The position numbers were made by a program, and so were the translations under genes. A stretch of DNA of 64,000 nucleotides from Alphaproteobacteria bacterium GWC2_42_16 (GTDB lineage Bacteria > Pseudomonadota > Alphaproteobacteria > UBA9655), in the NCBI GenBank assembly GCA_001767835.1, contig MEMA01000052.1, forward strand, positions 5,753 to 69,752. Direction: 5' to 3'. The notes below the pieces were generated by a model. The model saw nothing but the letters and a program-made list of their open reading frames with translations. It made no database searches and had not been told where the DNA came from. The number at the start of each line of letters is the position of its first letter. Positions within the stretch are counted from its first letter, which is position 1. Of the stretch, positions 28,760 to 37,984 are shown in pieces.

Positions 28760-28815
28760 AATTGTAGGGAGTCGTTCTTAGGATTACTCTGAACCCCACA
28801 AAAACCAGAGGGAGA

Positions 28816-29148
28816 CTACATCAGATTCCGCGTTGCCGCAGGAAGACGGACCACAAGGCCATCAAGCTCGGGGCGCATGATGATTTGACATCCCAGACGA
28901 GAAGTCTGGGTAAGCCCAAAGGCGAGGTCAAGCATGTCTTCTTCATCCTCAGTGGCATCCACAAGAAGTTCATACCATTCGGGTTCAACGATAACATGAC
29001 AGGTAGAGCATGCCAAAGAGCCCTCACAAGCGCCCTCAAGAAAGAATTTATCGCTATTTTGATGGGCAATTTCTAAGACGGACAACCCATTAGGAGCCTC
29101 GACCTCAACACGCTCGCCATCTGGTTTAATAAAAGTCATCTTTGGCAT
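28816..29148 (-). CDS. fdx: 2Fe-2S ferredoxin (adrenodoxin/Fdx type, ISC-associated)
   Basis: [12 protein letters not shown]-terminus, [11 protein letters not shown]...RLGCQ cysteine ligands. The start was moved to ATG 29148, which has an aaagga RBS. Confidence 0.9.
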   Translation of the reverse strand: MPKMTFIKPDGERVEVEAPNGLSVLEIAHQNSDKFFLEGACEGSLACSTCHVIVEPEWYELLVDATEDEEDMLDLAFGLTQTSRLGCQIIMRPELDGLVVRLPAATRNLM

Positions 29149-29224
29149 ATGCGGTCCTTTCCATAAATCCAATTTTTATATAGACTACTTCCTCTAAAAG
29201 TCCAACTTATTTCTCAAAGAGAGT

Positions 29225-29638
29225 TTGATGATCCGCGTACGAAAATTTAGAATGGAAAAGCTGGTTCGAGACAAAATGGCCGAAAAATTTCAAAAAAGAG
29301 GAGGCCGCTTAAAGCTTCGGACTTTAACTCCCCAAGATTTCCAAATTCAGCTATTAGAGAAACTCAAAGAAGAAGTTGCAGAAGTCATACATTCTGTCAC
29401 ACAAGAAGAGCTTTGTGAGGAAATGGCTGATCTCTTAGAGGTTATGCGTGCCCTTGCTAACATGAAACAAATTCCTTGGAGAGATATTGAACACATGCGT
29501 CTTGAAAAGAAAAAAACAAAGGGAGGTTTTGAAAAAGCAATTTTCGCTGAGTTTGTCGAGCTTGACTCAAAGGATCATCCCGGCATCGATTATTGTCTCA
29601 AACATCCCCAAAAATACCCAGAAGTTTTTGATTTTTAA
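29225..29638 (+). CDS. MazG-like / phosphoribosyl-ATP pyrophosphohydrolase-like NTP pyrophosphatase
   Basis: KLVRDKMAEKF N-terminus, then a helical EEVAEV...EEMADLLEVMRAL pair of acidic metal-binding helices. Confidence 0.6.
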   Translation: MMIRVRKFRMEKLVRDKMAEKFQKRGGRLKLRTLTPQDFQIQLLEKLKEEVAEVIHSVTQEELCEEMADLLEVMRALANMKQIPWRDIEHMRLEKKKTKGGFEKAIFAEFVELDSKDHPGIDYCLKHPQKYPEVFDF

Positions 29639-29997
29639 ACCACATCTATCAGGACAGAAATTTTGTCGATAACTTCAGTTATAACGTCTAAAGGGACTTT
29701 TCCTTCAAATTTGGCCTTCCTTACCCTCCAATCTAAGCTTTTAATTTGATCCGCAAGCACAACGCCTTTAATGGCTCCGTGAGAAGGGAGCTGAACTTCA
29801 AAGGGATATCCTTTTTTATGACTTGTGATAGGACACAATAAAGCCAGACCTACTTTTTTGTTATAGGTAAGGGGAGAAATCACTAAAGCAGGACGGGTCT
29901 TTCTGATTTCTGAGCCCTGGCTCGGATCAAGATCAATCCAAACAATATCCCCTCGTTCAGGAAAATAGTCTTTTTGTTTACCAAGACTCTTTGCCAC
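29635..29997 (-). CDS. mazF: Type II toxin, MazF/PemK family endoribonuclease
   Basis: RGDIVWIDLDPSQGSEIRKTRPALVISP...LLCPITS...VVLADQIKSLDW. Confidence 0.88.
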   Translation of the reverse strand: MAKSLGKQKDYFPERGDIVWIDLDPSQGSEIRKTRPALVISPLTYNKKVGLALLCPITSHKKGYPFEVQLPSHGAIKGVVLADQIKSLDWRVRKAKFEGKVPLDVITEVIDKISVLIDVV

Positions 29998-30208
29998 GAG
30001 AAGGCCCTATCTGAACTTCTTTATGAATATTATCTGGGGATACTTGATCAAGTAATGACTCGAGAGAGTAACTTTTACTAATAACGATGCGATGATCCTG
30101 AAGAGAAACATCGACAGAGGTTCCTGCGTGGATGCCAATCTTATCAGCCAAAACACGTGGTATCCTCAGGCCTAAGCTATTGCCCCATTTTGTAACATGG
30201 CTTTGCAT
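29978..30208 (-). CDS. mazE: Type II antitoxin, MazE (AbrB/SpoVT fold)
   Basis: VTKWGNSLGLRIPRVLADKIGIHAGTSVDVS. The gene overlaps mazF by 20 nt. Confidence 0.85.
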   Translation of the reverse strand: MQSHVTKWGNSLGLRIPRVLADKIGIHAGTSVDVSLQDHRIVISKSYSLESLLDQVSPDNIHKEVQIGPSRGKESW

Positions 30209-30220
30209 ATGTATCTTTCC

Positions 30221-30236
30221 CTATGTATATACATAG
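30221..30236. promoter_or_regulatory. Perfect 16-bp palindrome CTATGTATATACATAG upstream of mazE (probable MazE/MazEF operator)
   Basis: The sequence is self-complementary and starts 13 nt upstream of the mazE start codon. Confidence 0.55.
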
Positions 30237-30489
30237 TATACTTCATTTTTCAAATAAAGAAAAGCTTTAATCATCAAAAGTGTATGAAAGAAGTCAGATA
30301 AGAATCAAGCGTCAGTATCTCGCCTTTTATTCCCAAAAATATGTTTTCCCCGTTCGCCGCATTCCAATAGCGACCATGACTTTATTAGGGATTTCCGGAA
30401 ACCTTTCATCCCTAATGACACCATTTTTAAAGCTTTGTAACTTTTCTCGAAACTCTTCTAATAAGGTAAGAAGTAATATCCTCATTTTT

Positions 30490-30517
30490 AATCTGTCCTT
30501 CTATATAGGGACAGATT
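30490..30517. terminator. Hairpin just downstream of kefB (weak, orientation-ambiguous terminator)
   Basis: aatctgtcc-N10-ggacagatt. The T-run follows on the plus strand, and the A-run follows on the minus strand. Confidence 0.3.
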
Positions 30518-30522
30518 TTTAG

Positions 30523-32235
30523 TCAGATTTTTGGGCTGGAACTAACCATCCATTTTCGTTTCCGAAATGTTTCAATGAGTTGCTTAATCTCCTCAGATGG
30601 CATTCCCATGACATTTAAAAGAGAGGTCGCCAATTGCACCGTGGGTTCAACTGTCTCGGGAACCACAAGGCGCGCCCCAGATTTTATTAATTTTTCATGA
30701 TGCCTATGATCTTTTACGCGGACACATATGGGCAAATCAGGGTAGTGGCGCCTTAACATAGAAACAACCCGCACGGAAGAGGTGACTTGATTGAGGGTAA
30801 TGACAACGACTTTGGCTCGCTCCGCCCCTATAGCCTGCATGATTTTGAGTTGTTTTGCATCTCCATAAAAGACGGGATACCCCTTGTCCCTCCCTTCTGA
30901 TACACGCCGCATGTCCGTATCAAGGGCAATAAAGGGAATCATGCGGGATGTTAACAATTCCGCCAACATTTGACCGACACGACCAAACCCTGCAAGGATA
31001 ACATGTTTTTGAAATTCACGAATCTCACCAGCATCACCATCTAGATCTGCATGGGCTTCCCGAATAGAAAATCTATCAGAAAGCCATTTTCCAAGTAAGC
31101 CAAGAAGAGGCGTTAAAGCCATAGATAGAATAACAACGGAAAAAAGAATATCTTCATACCCAGGAGGCAAAATATTCCGGGCAATTGTGGGTGAAAAAAT
31201 GACGAAAACAAATTCTCCTCCTCCTGATAGCAGCAAACCAACACGCATAGATGTCGATGTTTTTAACCAACTCAAACGACAAAGGATGAAAGTAATAAGC
31301 GTTTTCACCAACAACATAAAGGTAAGGAGTGTGAGGATGAGAACAGCAGAGCTTAGAAAAACGCTCAGGTTTATGCCCATACCAACTGACATGAAAAAAA
31401 CCCCCAACAAAAGTCCCCGGAAAGGTTGGATGTCCGCTTCAATTTGATGGCGATATTCCGTTTCAGCTAAAAGGATACCCGCCAAAAATGCCCCTAATTC
31501 CCGCGATAACCCAAATGATTCCGTAAGATAGGCCGTGCCCAAAACCACTAAAAAGGTTGTGGCCATAAAAAGTTCAGAACTCCCGCTTTGAGCAACAGCT
31601 CGAAAAAGGGGACGAAAGACAAACCGTCCTAAGGCCCCAATAATTAAAAATGCCGTTAAAGCTTTCATAATAGCAAAGGAAACGCCTAAAAACAGACTCT
31701 CTCCTATTCCACTTAAGGTTGTTGCTAAAATCAAAAGGAACACAACTGCGAGATCCTGGAATAAAAGAACGGAAAAAGAAATCCGCCCAAAACGTGTTGC
31801 GAGTTCCCGCCGATCACTTAAGACTTGAAGAACTACGGCCGTTGAGGAAAGGGAAATAGCTCCTCCTAACAAAATAGCAGTTTCCTTTGGAAAACCCGCC
31901 CAAATCCCCAAGAAGCCAAAAAGTGCTCCTGTGATAACAACTTGCGTCGCCCCCAGTCCAAAAACATACTTTTTCAAAGAATTCAGACGCTGGAGAGGGA
32001 GTTCTAATCCAAGGGTAAAAAGAAGGAATATAACACCAATTTCCCCAAGAAATTGAGTTTCTGTGGGATCCTTAATAATTTGCAGCACATGAGGACCGAC
32101 AAGCATGCCAGCTGCAAGATAACCTAAAACAGGGCTGGCCTTCATACGGCGAAAAATGAAAACAACACCAACAGCCGCCATTAAAAAGGCTAAAATTGTA
32201 TACAAATAATGAATATCTGGATCTACCAGCGTCAC
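30523..32235 (-). CDS. kefB: Monovalent cation:proton antiporter-2 (KefB/KefC-type K+ efflux) with a TrkA-N domain
   Basis: About 12 TM helices, followed by HVILAGFGRVGQMLAELL (Rossmann GxGxxG). GTG start. Confidence 0.85.
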   Translation of the reverse strand: MTLVDPDIHYLYTILAFLMAAVGVVFIFRRMKASPVLGYLAAGMLVGPHVLQIIKDPTETQFLGEIGVIFLLFTLGLELPLQRLNSLKKYVFGLGATQVVITGALFGFLGIWAGFPKETAILLGGAISLSSTAVVLQVLSDRRELATRFGRISFSVLLFQDLAVVFLLILATTLSGIGESLFLGVSFAIMKALTAFLIIGALGRFVFRPLFRAVAQSGSSELFMATTFLVVLGTAYLTESFGLSRELGAFLAGILLAETEYRHQIEADIQPFRGLLLGVFFMSVGMGINLSVFLSSAVLILTLLTFMLLVKTLITFILCRLSWLKTSTSMRVGLLLSGGGEFVFVIFSPTIARNILPPGYEDILFSVVILSMALTPLLGLLGKWLSDRFSIREAHADLDGDAGEIREFQKHVILAGFGRVGQMLAELLTSRMIPFIALDTDMRRVSEGRDKGYPVFYGDAKQLKIMQAIGAERAKVVVITLNQVTSSVRVVSMLRRHYPDLPICVRVKDHRHHEKLIKSGARLVVPETVEPTVQLATSLLNVMGMPSEEIKQLIETFRKRKWMVSSSPKI

Positions 32236-32288
32236 TTCTCCCTTTTTTCTGAGTATATCAATTTAAAAGGAAGATTCATAGGCTGGAA

Positions 32289-32362
32289 TGGCTGGGGGAC
32301 CTGGATTCGAACCAGGGCTGCCCGGTCCAGAGCCGGGAGTTCTACCGCTAAACTATCCCCCA
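32289..32362 (-). tRNA. tRNA-Gln (anticodon CTG)
   Basis: Hand-folded cloverleaf: tggggga / tccccca acceptor stem, cccgg-CTCTGGA-ccggg anticodon arm, cctgg-ttcgaat-ccagg T-arm, and an encoded GCCA end. Confidence 0.9.
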
Positions 32363-32434
32363 AGAAAGGTTTTGAAATACCATACTTCCTTATCTTTGCA
32401 AAGGGGACTTCAGCCAAAACAGTGTTGTGATTAT

Positions 32435-33940
32435 TTATCCATTTCTTAAATAAAGGGTTTTCTCCATCGTGAAACGTTTCTCCATATCTTCTCGCCCGTA
32501 TTTTTGGCTTTCAAGAAGTATAGTGGAAAGGGTTTTTTCATCAAAGCTATAAGAAGGACGCACCTCGATGTATTGTGAAAGGCCCGTTGTTTTCTCAAGT
32601 GCGCTGACCGTTAAAAGCCCTTCGACATCAAGAGCAAAATCAACTCGAACACGCGCGATCCCTGCAGGCAAAGGGGGAAGTCCTTGCAATTCAAATCGCG
32701 CAAGTGACCTGCAATCTTGCACGAACTCGCGCTCTCCTTGAACGACATGAATGACCATGCCGTCTTGCCCATCTTGATGAGTTGTAAATTCTTGACTTGC
32801 AAGGGCGGGCAGGGGAGTATTGCGAGGAATGATTTTTTCTACAAGACCTCCCAGCGTTTCAAGTCCCAAAGAAAGAGGCGTCACATCGAGGAGAAGGGTT
32901 TCCGCCCCATAAGTCAATCCATGAGCGGAGAGAGCTGCTCCCAAAGCGACAGCCAAATCGGGATCAACATCACGGAGGGGCGCTTTGCCAAAAAAGGCTT
33001 CTACTTCTTGTCTAATCAAGGGCATACGGGTCATTCCCCCTACTAAGACCACCCCTTCTAGATCTTCTGAATTCAGAGAGGCATCCTTAAGGACCTCTTT
33101 GGAAATTTCAAGGGTTTTGTTCACAAAGTGCTGTGCTATGGTTTCCAAATCTTTTCGTGATACACCTTCATAGTCTTCTTTATGGGATAGATTTTCTTTT
33201 AGGATACGTGCATAAGAGATATCTTTAGTTTTCAAAAAGGCTGCAAAAACATGATCAATATCATCACCGCCTAGGTTGAGATCGCCACCTGTAGCAAGAA
33301 CCTGGAATACACCCTTTTGAAGCTTTAAAAGGGACAAATCAAATGTTCCCCCCCCCAAATCGTAGATGGCATAAATACCCTCGGCCCCTGATTCTAAACC
33401 ATAAGCAAGAGCTGCTGCTGTGGGTTCATTAATAAGGCGTAAAACCTTAATGCCTGCGATGGCTGCGGCTTGCTTTGTGGCTACGCGTGCCGCTTCATCA
33501 AAGTATGCTGGCACTGTAATCACAGCGGCTTCTAAGGGCGCCCTAAGTTTCTTTTCTACCCCGCTCCGAATGTAGCTTAAAATATAGCTTGCCACCTCAA
33601 CAGGAGTTAAGGTGTGTGCCCCCAATTTTAACCGAATATCTCTTCCAGACATGAGCTGAGGAAATTGCAAACAAATGGCATCCTCCACGCCTCGTCCCAT
33701 CAAGCGTTTCGTTGAGGAAAGGCTTTCTCTTAACTTTTTCCCTATACAAAACCCATCCTCAGCAACGCTCAGAATCGAGGGAATCAATAATCCTCCCTCA
33801 ATCTCCAAGACGGTCGGAACATTATTGTGAACATAGGCTACTACGGAGTGGGTTGTACCAAGATCAATGCCGACCACAACACCTTGGGAGGCCTCATGAC
33901 GATCAGGAAATTGTCCAGGTTCAACAAGCTGTAAGGGCAT
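32435..33940 (-). CDS. hscA: Fe-S cluster chaperone HscA (Hsp70 type), short form lacking most of the C-terminal lid
   Basis: GIDLGTTHSVVA, DLGGGTFD and VLVGGMTRMP motifs. Only 501 aa. Confidence 0.88.
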   Translation of the reverse strand: MPLQLVEPGQFPDRHEASQGVVVGIDLGTTHSVVAYVHNNVPTVLEIEGGLLIPSILSVAEDGFCIGKKLRESLSSTKRLMGRGVEDAICLQFPQLMSGRDIRLKLGAHTLTPVEVASYILSYIRSGVEKKLRAPLEAAVITVPAYFDEAARVATKQAAAIAGIKVLRLINEPTAAALAYGLESGAEGIYAIYDLGGGTFDLSLLKLQKGVFQVLATGGDLNLGGDDIDHVFAAFLKTKDISYARILKENLSHKEDYEGVSRKDLETIAQHFVNKTLEISKEVLKDASLNSEDLEGVVLVGGMTRMPLIRQEVEAFFGKAPLRDVDPDLAVALGAALSAHGLTYGAETLLLDVTPLSLGLETLGGLVEKIIPRNTPLPALASQEFTTHQDGQDGMVIHVVQGEREFVQDCRSLARFELQGLPPLPAGIARVRVDFALDVEGLLTVSALEKTTGLSQYIEVRPSYSFDEKTLSTILLESQKYGREDMEKRFTMEKTLYLRNG

Positions 33941-34379
33941 TCGTCCTCACCTTTTGAACATAATTTAATCGATAAAGAGCTTTGCGGGCCTTCTCATGAT
34001 CATATTTCTCAAGCCCTCTCTCAAGCTCACCATAAAGTTTTTCTTCCTCGTGAACTAACTCTAGCGTAATATTTTCACCTTCTTTATGGCGCTCATGCCA
34101 TTCAATCACTTTGTGAAGAAATTTAAGATCATAGGCCAACAGAGAAACGCCCCTATCTTCCAGAAGAAAGGCTGCACGGGTCAATGGATTTTTTAAAAGG
34201 GTATAGGCTTGATTCACAAGGCTTGCTTTACGGGAAGCTTCCCTTTTTTTTGGCTCATCTGCCAGCGCAAACCGATCAGGGTGGGTCAGCTTTTGAGCCT
34301 CAAAATAAGCCTTCTCCAGCACCTGTAAATCAAGGGTGTAGGTTTTCTCAAGTCCAAGAATGTCAAACGGATCAAACAT
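33921..34379 (-). CDS. hscB: Fe-S co-chaperone HscB
   Basis: J-domain with THPDRF. The start was moved to ATG 34379 (MFDPFDILGL), which overlaps the iscA stop in ATGTTTGA. Confidence 0.85.
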   Translation of the reverse strand: MFDPFDILGLEKTYTLDLQVLEKAYFEAQKLTHPDRFALADEPKKREASRKASLVNQAYTLLKNPLTRAAFLLEDRGVSLLAYDLKFLHKVIEWHERHKEGENITLELVHEEEKLYGELERGLEKYDHEKARKALYRLNYVQKVRTNALTAC

Positions 34380-34707
34380 GGAATGATTCTCCACATCCAC
34401 ATATCCCCTTAGCATTGGGATTATTAAAAACAAAGCCTGAGGAAAGTTTATCTCCCACATAATCCATTTCCGATCCCATAATAAACATCACAGCCTTTGG
34501 ATCAATCAAAACCGCAATTCCATAGGCCTCAATCACCTCATCATAGGGGCCCACCTCGTCAGCAAATTCCAGGGTATAGGAAAGGCCTGAACAGCCCTTT
34601 GACTTCAAGCCAATACGAATCCCGCGAGATGGCTTTCCACGACCTTCCAGCAAAGTTTTCACGCGGTTTGCAGCAGCGTTGGTTAAGGTCAAAACTGGTT
34701 GTGTCAT
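34372..34707 (-). CDS. iscA: Iron-sulfur cluster insertion protein IscA (A-type carrier)
   Basis: GCSGLSY plus a C-terminal CGCGESF motif. Confidence 0.9.
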   Translation of the reverse strand: MTQPVLTLTNAAANRVKTLLEGRGKPSRGIRIGLKSKGCSGLSYTLEFADEVGPYDEVIEAYGIAVLIDPKAVMFIMGSEMDYVGDKLSSGFVFNNPNAKGICGCGESFHV

Positions 34708-35093
34708 TTTGTGCTTTGATGTTTTTCTTTGTAATCACGAATGGCTGCCCGAATGGCGTCTTCCGCTAACATGGAACAGTGAATTTTCACTGGCGGCAAG
34801 GACAAATGCTGGGCAATGGCTGTATTCTTAATTTCGACGGCTTCATTTAAAGACTTTCCCTTGAGCCACTCAGTTACAAGGGAACTGGAGGCTATGGCTG
34901 ACCCACATCCAAAGGCTTTAAACTTCGCATCCTCAATAATCCCCCGATCATTGACTTTAATCTGAAGCTTCATCACGTCTCCGCATGCAGGTGCTCCCAC
35001 AAGGCCCGTGCCAACAGCGTCATCTTTTGCATCCAAGGCTCCCACATTTCGAGGATTCTCATAATGATCGATCACTTTTTCTGAATAAGCCAT
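34704..35093 (-). CDS. iscU: Fe-S cluster scaffold IscU
   Basis: MAYSEKVIDHYENPRNVG N-terminus, with GAPACGD, GCGSAIAS and IHCS motifs. Confidence 0.93.
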   Translation of the reverse strand: MAYSEKVIDHYENPRNVGALDAKDDAVGTGLVGAPACGDVMKLQIKVNDRGIIEDAKFKAFGCGSAIASSSLVTEWLKGKSLNEAVEIKNTAIAQHLSLPPVKIHCSMLAEDAIRAAIRDYKEKHQSTK

Positions 35094-35107
35094 ATGCTTT
35101 TCCTTTC

Positions 35108-36325
35108 TTAATGTTCTGCCCATTGAATAGATTTAATATCGATGCCTTGACGGCTCATCTCCCACAAGGGACTCATGTCCCGAAGACGATTTACTTCTTT
35201 AATGATAAGTTTCGCAGCGTGATCCACGTCCTCCTCATTTGTAAAGCGCCCAAACCCAATGCGCAAGGAGGTATGCGCCATTTCCTCATCCACCCCCAAA
35301 GCCCTCAAAACATAAGAGGGTTCAAGGGACGCGGACGTACAGGCCGATCCCGAGGAAAGAGCTAACTCTTTGATTCCCATCATTAATCCCTCTCCTTCCA
35401 CATGAGCAAAACTTATGTTTAAATTTCCAGGAATGCGTTGTTTCGCATCACCATTAAGGTAAATTTCCTCAAGGTTAACACGAAGAGTCTCATAAAAACG
35501 ATCCCGTAAGGCCTCTATACGGATAGCTTCTGCCCTCATTTCCTTTTGCGCCAAGGCGCAAGCTTCCCCAAGCCCCACACACAAAGGCGTTGAAAGGGTG
35601 CCTGAGCGCATGCCGCGCTCCTGTCCACCCCCATTAATGAGGGCCGCAAGCCTCACTCGGGGCTTACGTCGCACATAAAGGACCCCTATTCCCTTAGGTC
35701 CATAAATTTTATGGGCCGAAAGGCTCAAAAGATCGATGTTCATTTCATTCACATCAAGGGGAATTTTTCCGACTGCTTGGGCTGCATCCGTGTGAAAAAA
35801 AACTCCCCTCTCGCGAGTGATTTTCCCAATCTCTGCGAGCGGTTGAATCACCCCAATTTCATTGTTGACGGCCATAATGGACACAAGGGCTGTTTGCTCA
35901 GTAATAGCTTTCTTCAATTCAGCCAGATCTAGTATTCCATTGGGTTTTACAGGCAAGTAGGTAACTTTAAAGCCCTCTTGCTCCAAATGGCGACAGCTAT
36001 CCAAAACACATTTGTGCTCAGTGGCACATGTCACGATGTGGTTTTTTTTGTCCTTATAAAAATGAGCCACGCCCTTTAAGGCTAAATTATTGGATTCCGT
36101 AGCTCCACTTGTAAATATCACTTCCCGAGGATTCGCATGAAGGATGGCCGCCACTTGCTTGCGGGCATGCTCAACCGCTTCTTCCGCCTTCCAGCCATAG
36201 GCATGGCTACGGGAATGCGGGTTCCCAAATTCTTCTGAAAAGTAAGGCAACATCATCTTGAGAACCCGTGGATCACAGGGCGTTGTTGACTGATAATCTA
36301 AATATATGGGGCGTGTAACCGTCAA
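35108..36325 (-). CDS. iscS: Cysteine desulfurase IscS
   Basis: [10 protein letters not shown] (PLP lysine) and SSGSACTS (active-site Cys loop). Confidence 0.93.
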   Translation of the reverse strand: MTVTRPIYLDYQSTTPCDPRVLKMMLPYFSEEFGNPHSRSHAYGWKAEEAVEHARKQVAAILHANPREVIFTSGATESNNLALKGVAHFYKDKKNHIVTCATEHKCVLDSCRHLEQEGFKVTYLPVKPNGILDLAELKKAITEQTALVSIMAVNNEIGVIQPLAEIGKITRERGVFFHTDAAQAVGKIPLDVNEMNIDLLSLSAHKIYGPKGIGVLYVRRKPRVRLAALINGGGQERGMRSGTLSTPLCVGLGEACALAQKEMRAEAIRIEALRDRFYETLRVNLEEIYLNGDAKQRIPGNLNISFAHVEGEGLMMGIKELALSSGSACTSASLEPSYVLRALGVDEEMAHTSLRIGFGRFTNEEDVDHAAKLIIKEVNRLRDMSPLWEMSRQGIDIKSIQWAEH

Positions 36326-37413
36326 CTGGCCTCCTTCATGTGCTGCGACAGATAAATCTCATTCCATGCTTGAATAAAACAATCAATATCCTTCTCAAAA
36401 GTGTTCCATCCCATACTCATCCGGATGGTACATTTGACCTCTTCTGAGGGAAGGCCCATGGCGACAAGCACATGAGATTCCTTAGATTTTCCTGAGGAAC
36501 ATGCAGATCCCATACTGATGGCAATCCCTTTTAAATCAAAGGACATGAGCTGAAGCTCAGAGGGAACCCCCGGCATCCCTAGAGAAAGAACGTGAGAAGC
36601 TCGAGGACTTTCCTTTCCATAAACACGTGCGTCTGGCAAGGCTTCTTCCACCTTTTCCTGCCATTTCAGAAGGCGCTTCGATTGCTCTTCTCTCTCAAAC
36701 AAAGCTTCCTTAACCGCTGCTGCAAACCCTACAATCAGAGGAGCAGCCAAGGTTCCTGAGCGCATACCAAATTCTTGTCCCCCTCCGCGGATCAGAGGCT
36801 GAAGATGAAGGCCCTCCTTTAGAATAAGGGCGCCAATGCCTGTGGGCCCTCCACATTTGTGAGAAGAGATAGTCATCATATCTACCCCCAGCTCCTCAAA
36901 GGAAAAGGGAATCTGTCCCAAGGCTTGGCTGGCGTCAGTATGAACTTTCCATCCCCGCTCCTGTGCTAGACTGACCGCCTCTTGAAGAGGTTGAATCACC
37001 CCGGTTTCATTGTTTACCAGCATCAGGGAAAGAAGCCCTGGTGTTTCAAAGGAGGAGAGAGTCTTTTCGAGTTTTCCAAGATCCACTATTCCTTTTGAAG
37101 TAACAGGCACTAAATAAGGATTCAACCGGGCCTTCAAAATAGATTCGTGTTCAATAGAGGAAATAACAAGGGGCATTTCTCCAAGTCCAGAAAGGGCTAA
37201 CCCATTGGCTTCCGTGCCCCCACTTGTAAAAACAAGGTGCTGTCCTTTGACCTCTTTTAAAATTGTTTTTCGAGCCTCTTCTATAAGCGCACGCACTTTC
37301 CGTCCCGCATAGTGAGGAGAGGAAGCATTGCCTGTAAAATTATACGCCTCAATCGTGGCTTCTTTAGCACATGGCCTTAAAGGAACAGAGGCATTGTAAT
37401 CTAAATAAATCAT
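36322..37413 (-). CDS. Second class-V aminotransferase / NifS-like cysteine desulfurase
   Basis: [10 protein letters not shown] and MGSACSSG motifs. Lies in tandem upstream of iscS. Confidence 0.85.
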   Translation of the reverse strand: MIYLDYNASVPLRPCAKEATIEAYNFTGNASSPHYAGRKVRALIEEARKTILKEVKGQHLVFTSGGTEANGLALSGLGEMPLVISSIEHESILKARLNPYLVPVTSKGIVDLGKLEKTLSSFETPGLLSLMLVNNETGVIQPLQEAVSLAQERGWKVHTDASQALGQIPFSFEELGVDMMTISSHKCGGPTGIGALILKEGLHLQPLIRGGGQEFGMRSGTLAAPLIVGFAAAVKEALFEREEQSKRLLKWQEKVEEALPDARVYGKESPRASHVLSLGMPGVPSELQLMSFDLKGIAISMGSACSSGKSKESHVLVAMGLPSEEVKCTIRMSMGWNTFEKDIDCFIQAWNEIYLSQHMKEAS

Positions 37414-37826
37414 GTAATGCGCCTTTCACAAAGGTCCGCTAAGGAAATTCTGTGCAAGTACTGATGCATCTGAACGCCAAGTCCAGTCCACAAAGCATGT
37501 GTTAAACATTTTTCTTTTGTTCCAAGGCATCCCATTTCTGACGTGTTTTCGCAGCGGGTGGTTTTTAGAGGCTCGCCAATTGCCTCCAAAATTTCAGCGA
37601 TACGGATTGTACCCGGCTCACGCGCCAAGGTATACCCTCCCAAATGACCCCGTGTGCTTGCAACAAATCCCTTTTGCCGCAATTTAAGGAAAAGTTGCTC
37701 CAGATAGGAAATGGGTAAAGCTTGACGCTCAGCAATCTCAGTTAACGCCAGAGGCTTCCCTTGCCCATAATAAGCAAGATCTACCAAAGCCATTACCGCA
37801 TAGCGCCCTTTTGTGCCGAGTTTCAT
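37410..37826 (-). CDS. iscR: Rrf2-family transcriptional regulator IscR
   Basis: MKLGTKGRYAVMALVDLA N-terminus, with Cys residues in CENTSEMGCLGTKEKC. First gene of the isc cluster. Confidence 0.88.
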   Translation of the reverse strand: MKLGTKGRYAVMALVDLAYYGQGKPLALTEIAERQALPISYLEQLFLKLRQKGFVASTRGHLGGYTLAREPGTIRIAEILEAIGEPLKTTRCENTSEMGCLGTKEKCLTHALWTGLGVQMHQYLHRISLADLCERRIT

Positions 37827-37858
37827 CCACATCTTCCTTCGTTTTCTTTATTTGTAGG

Positions 37859-37883
37859 ATTCCCGACTGTTTTAGTCAAGTAT
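37859..37883. promoter_or_regulatory. IscR type-1-like binding site
   Basis: ATTCCCGACTGTTTTAGTCAAGTAT matches the recalled E. coli type-1 consensus ATASYYGACTRwwwYAGTCRRSTAT at 24 of 25 positions. It lies about 30 nt upstream of iscR. Confidence 0.6.
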
Positions 37884-37984
37884 GAAAATAAGCTAAGATT
37901 ACCCACATGCTTGTCACATTTTATTGACACATTCGGGATGATGTTACAGATTATAAACGGATCGAACTGATAGAAAGTGAAAAT

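Noticed and set aside
30280-30522. 80-aa plus-strand ORF between mazE and kefB.
   Set aside because: It has no RBS and no recognisable features, and it spans the mazE promoter and the kefB terminator region. It is likely non-coding.
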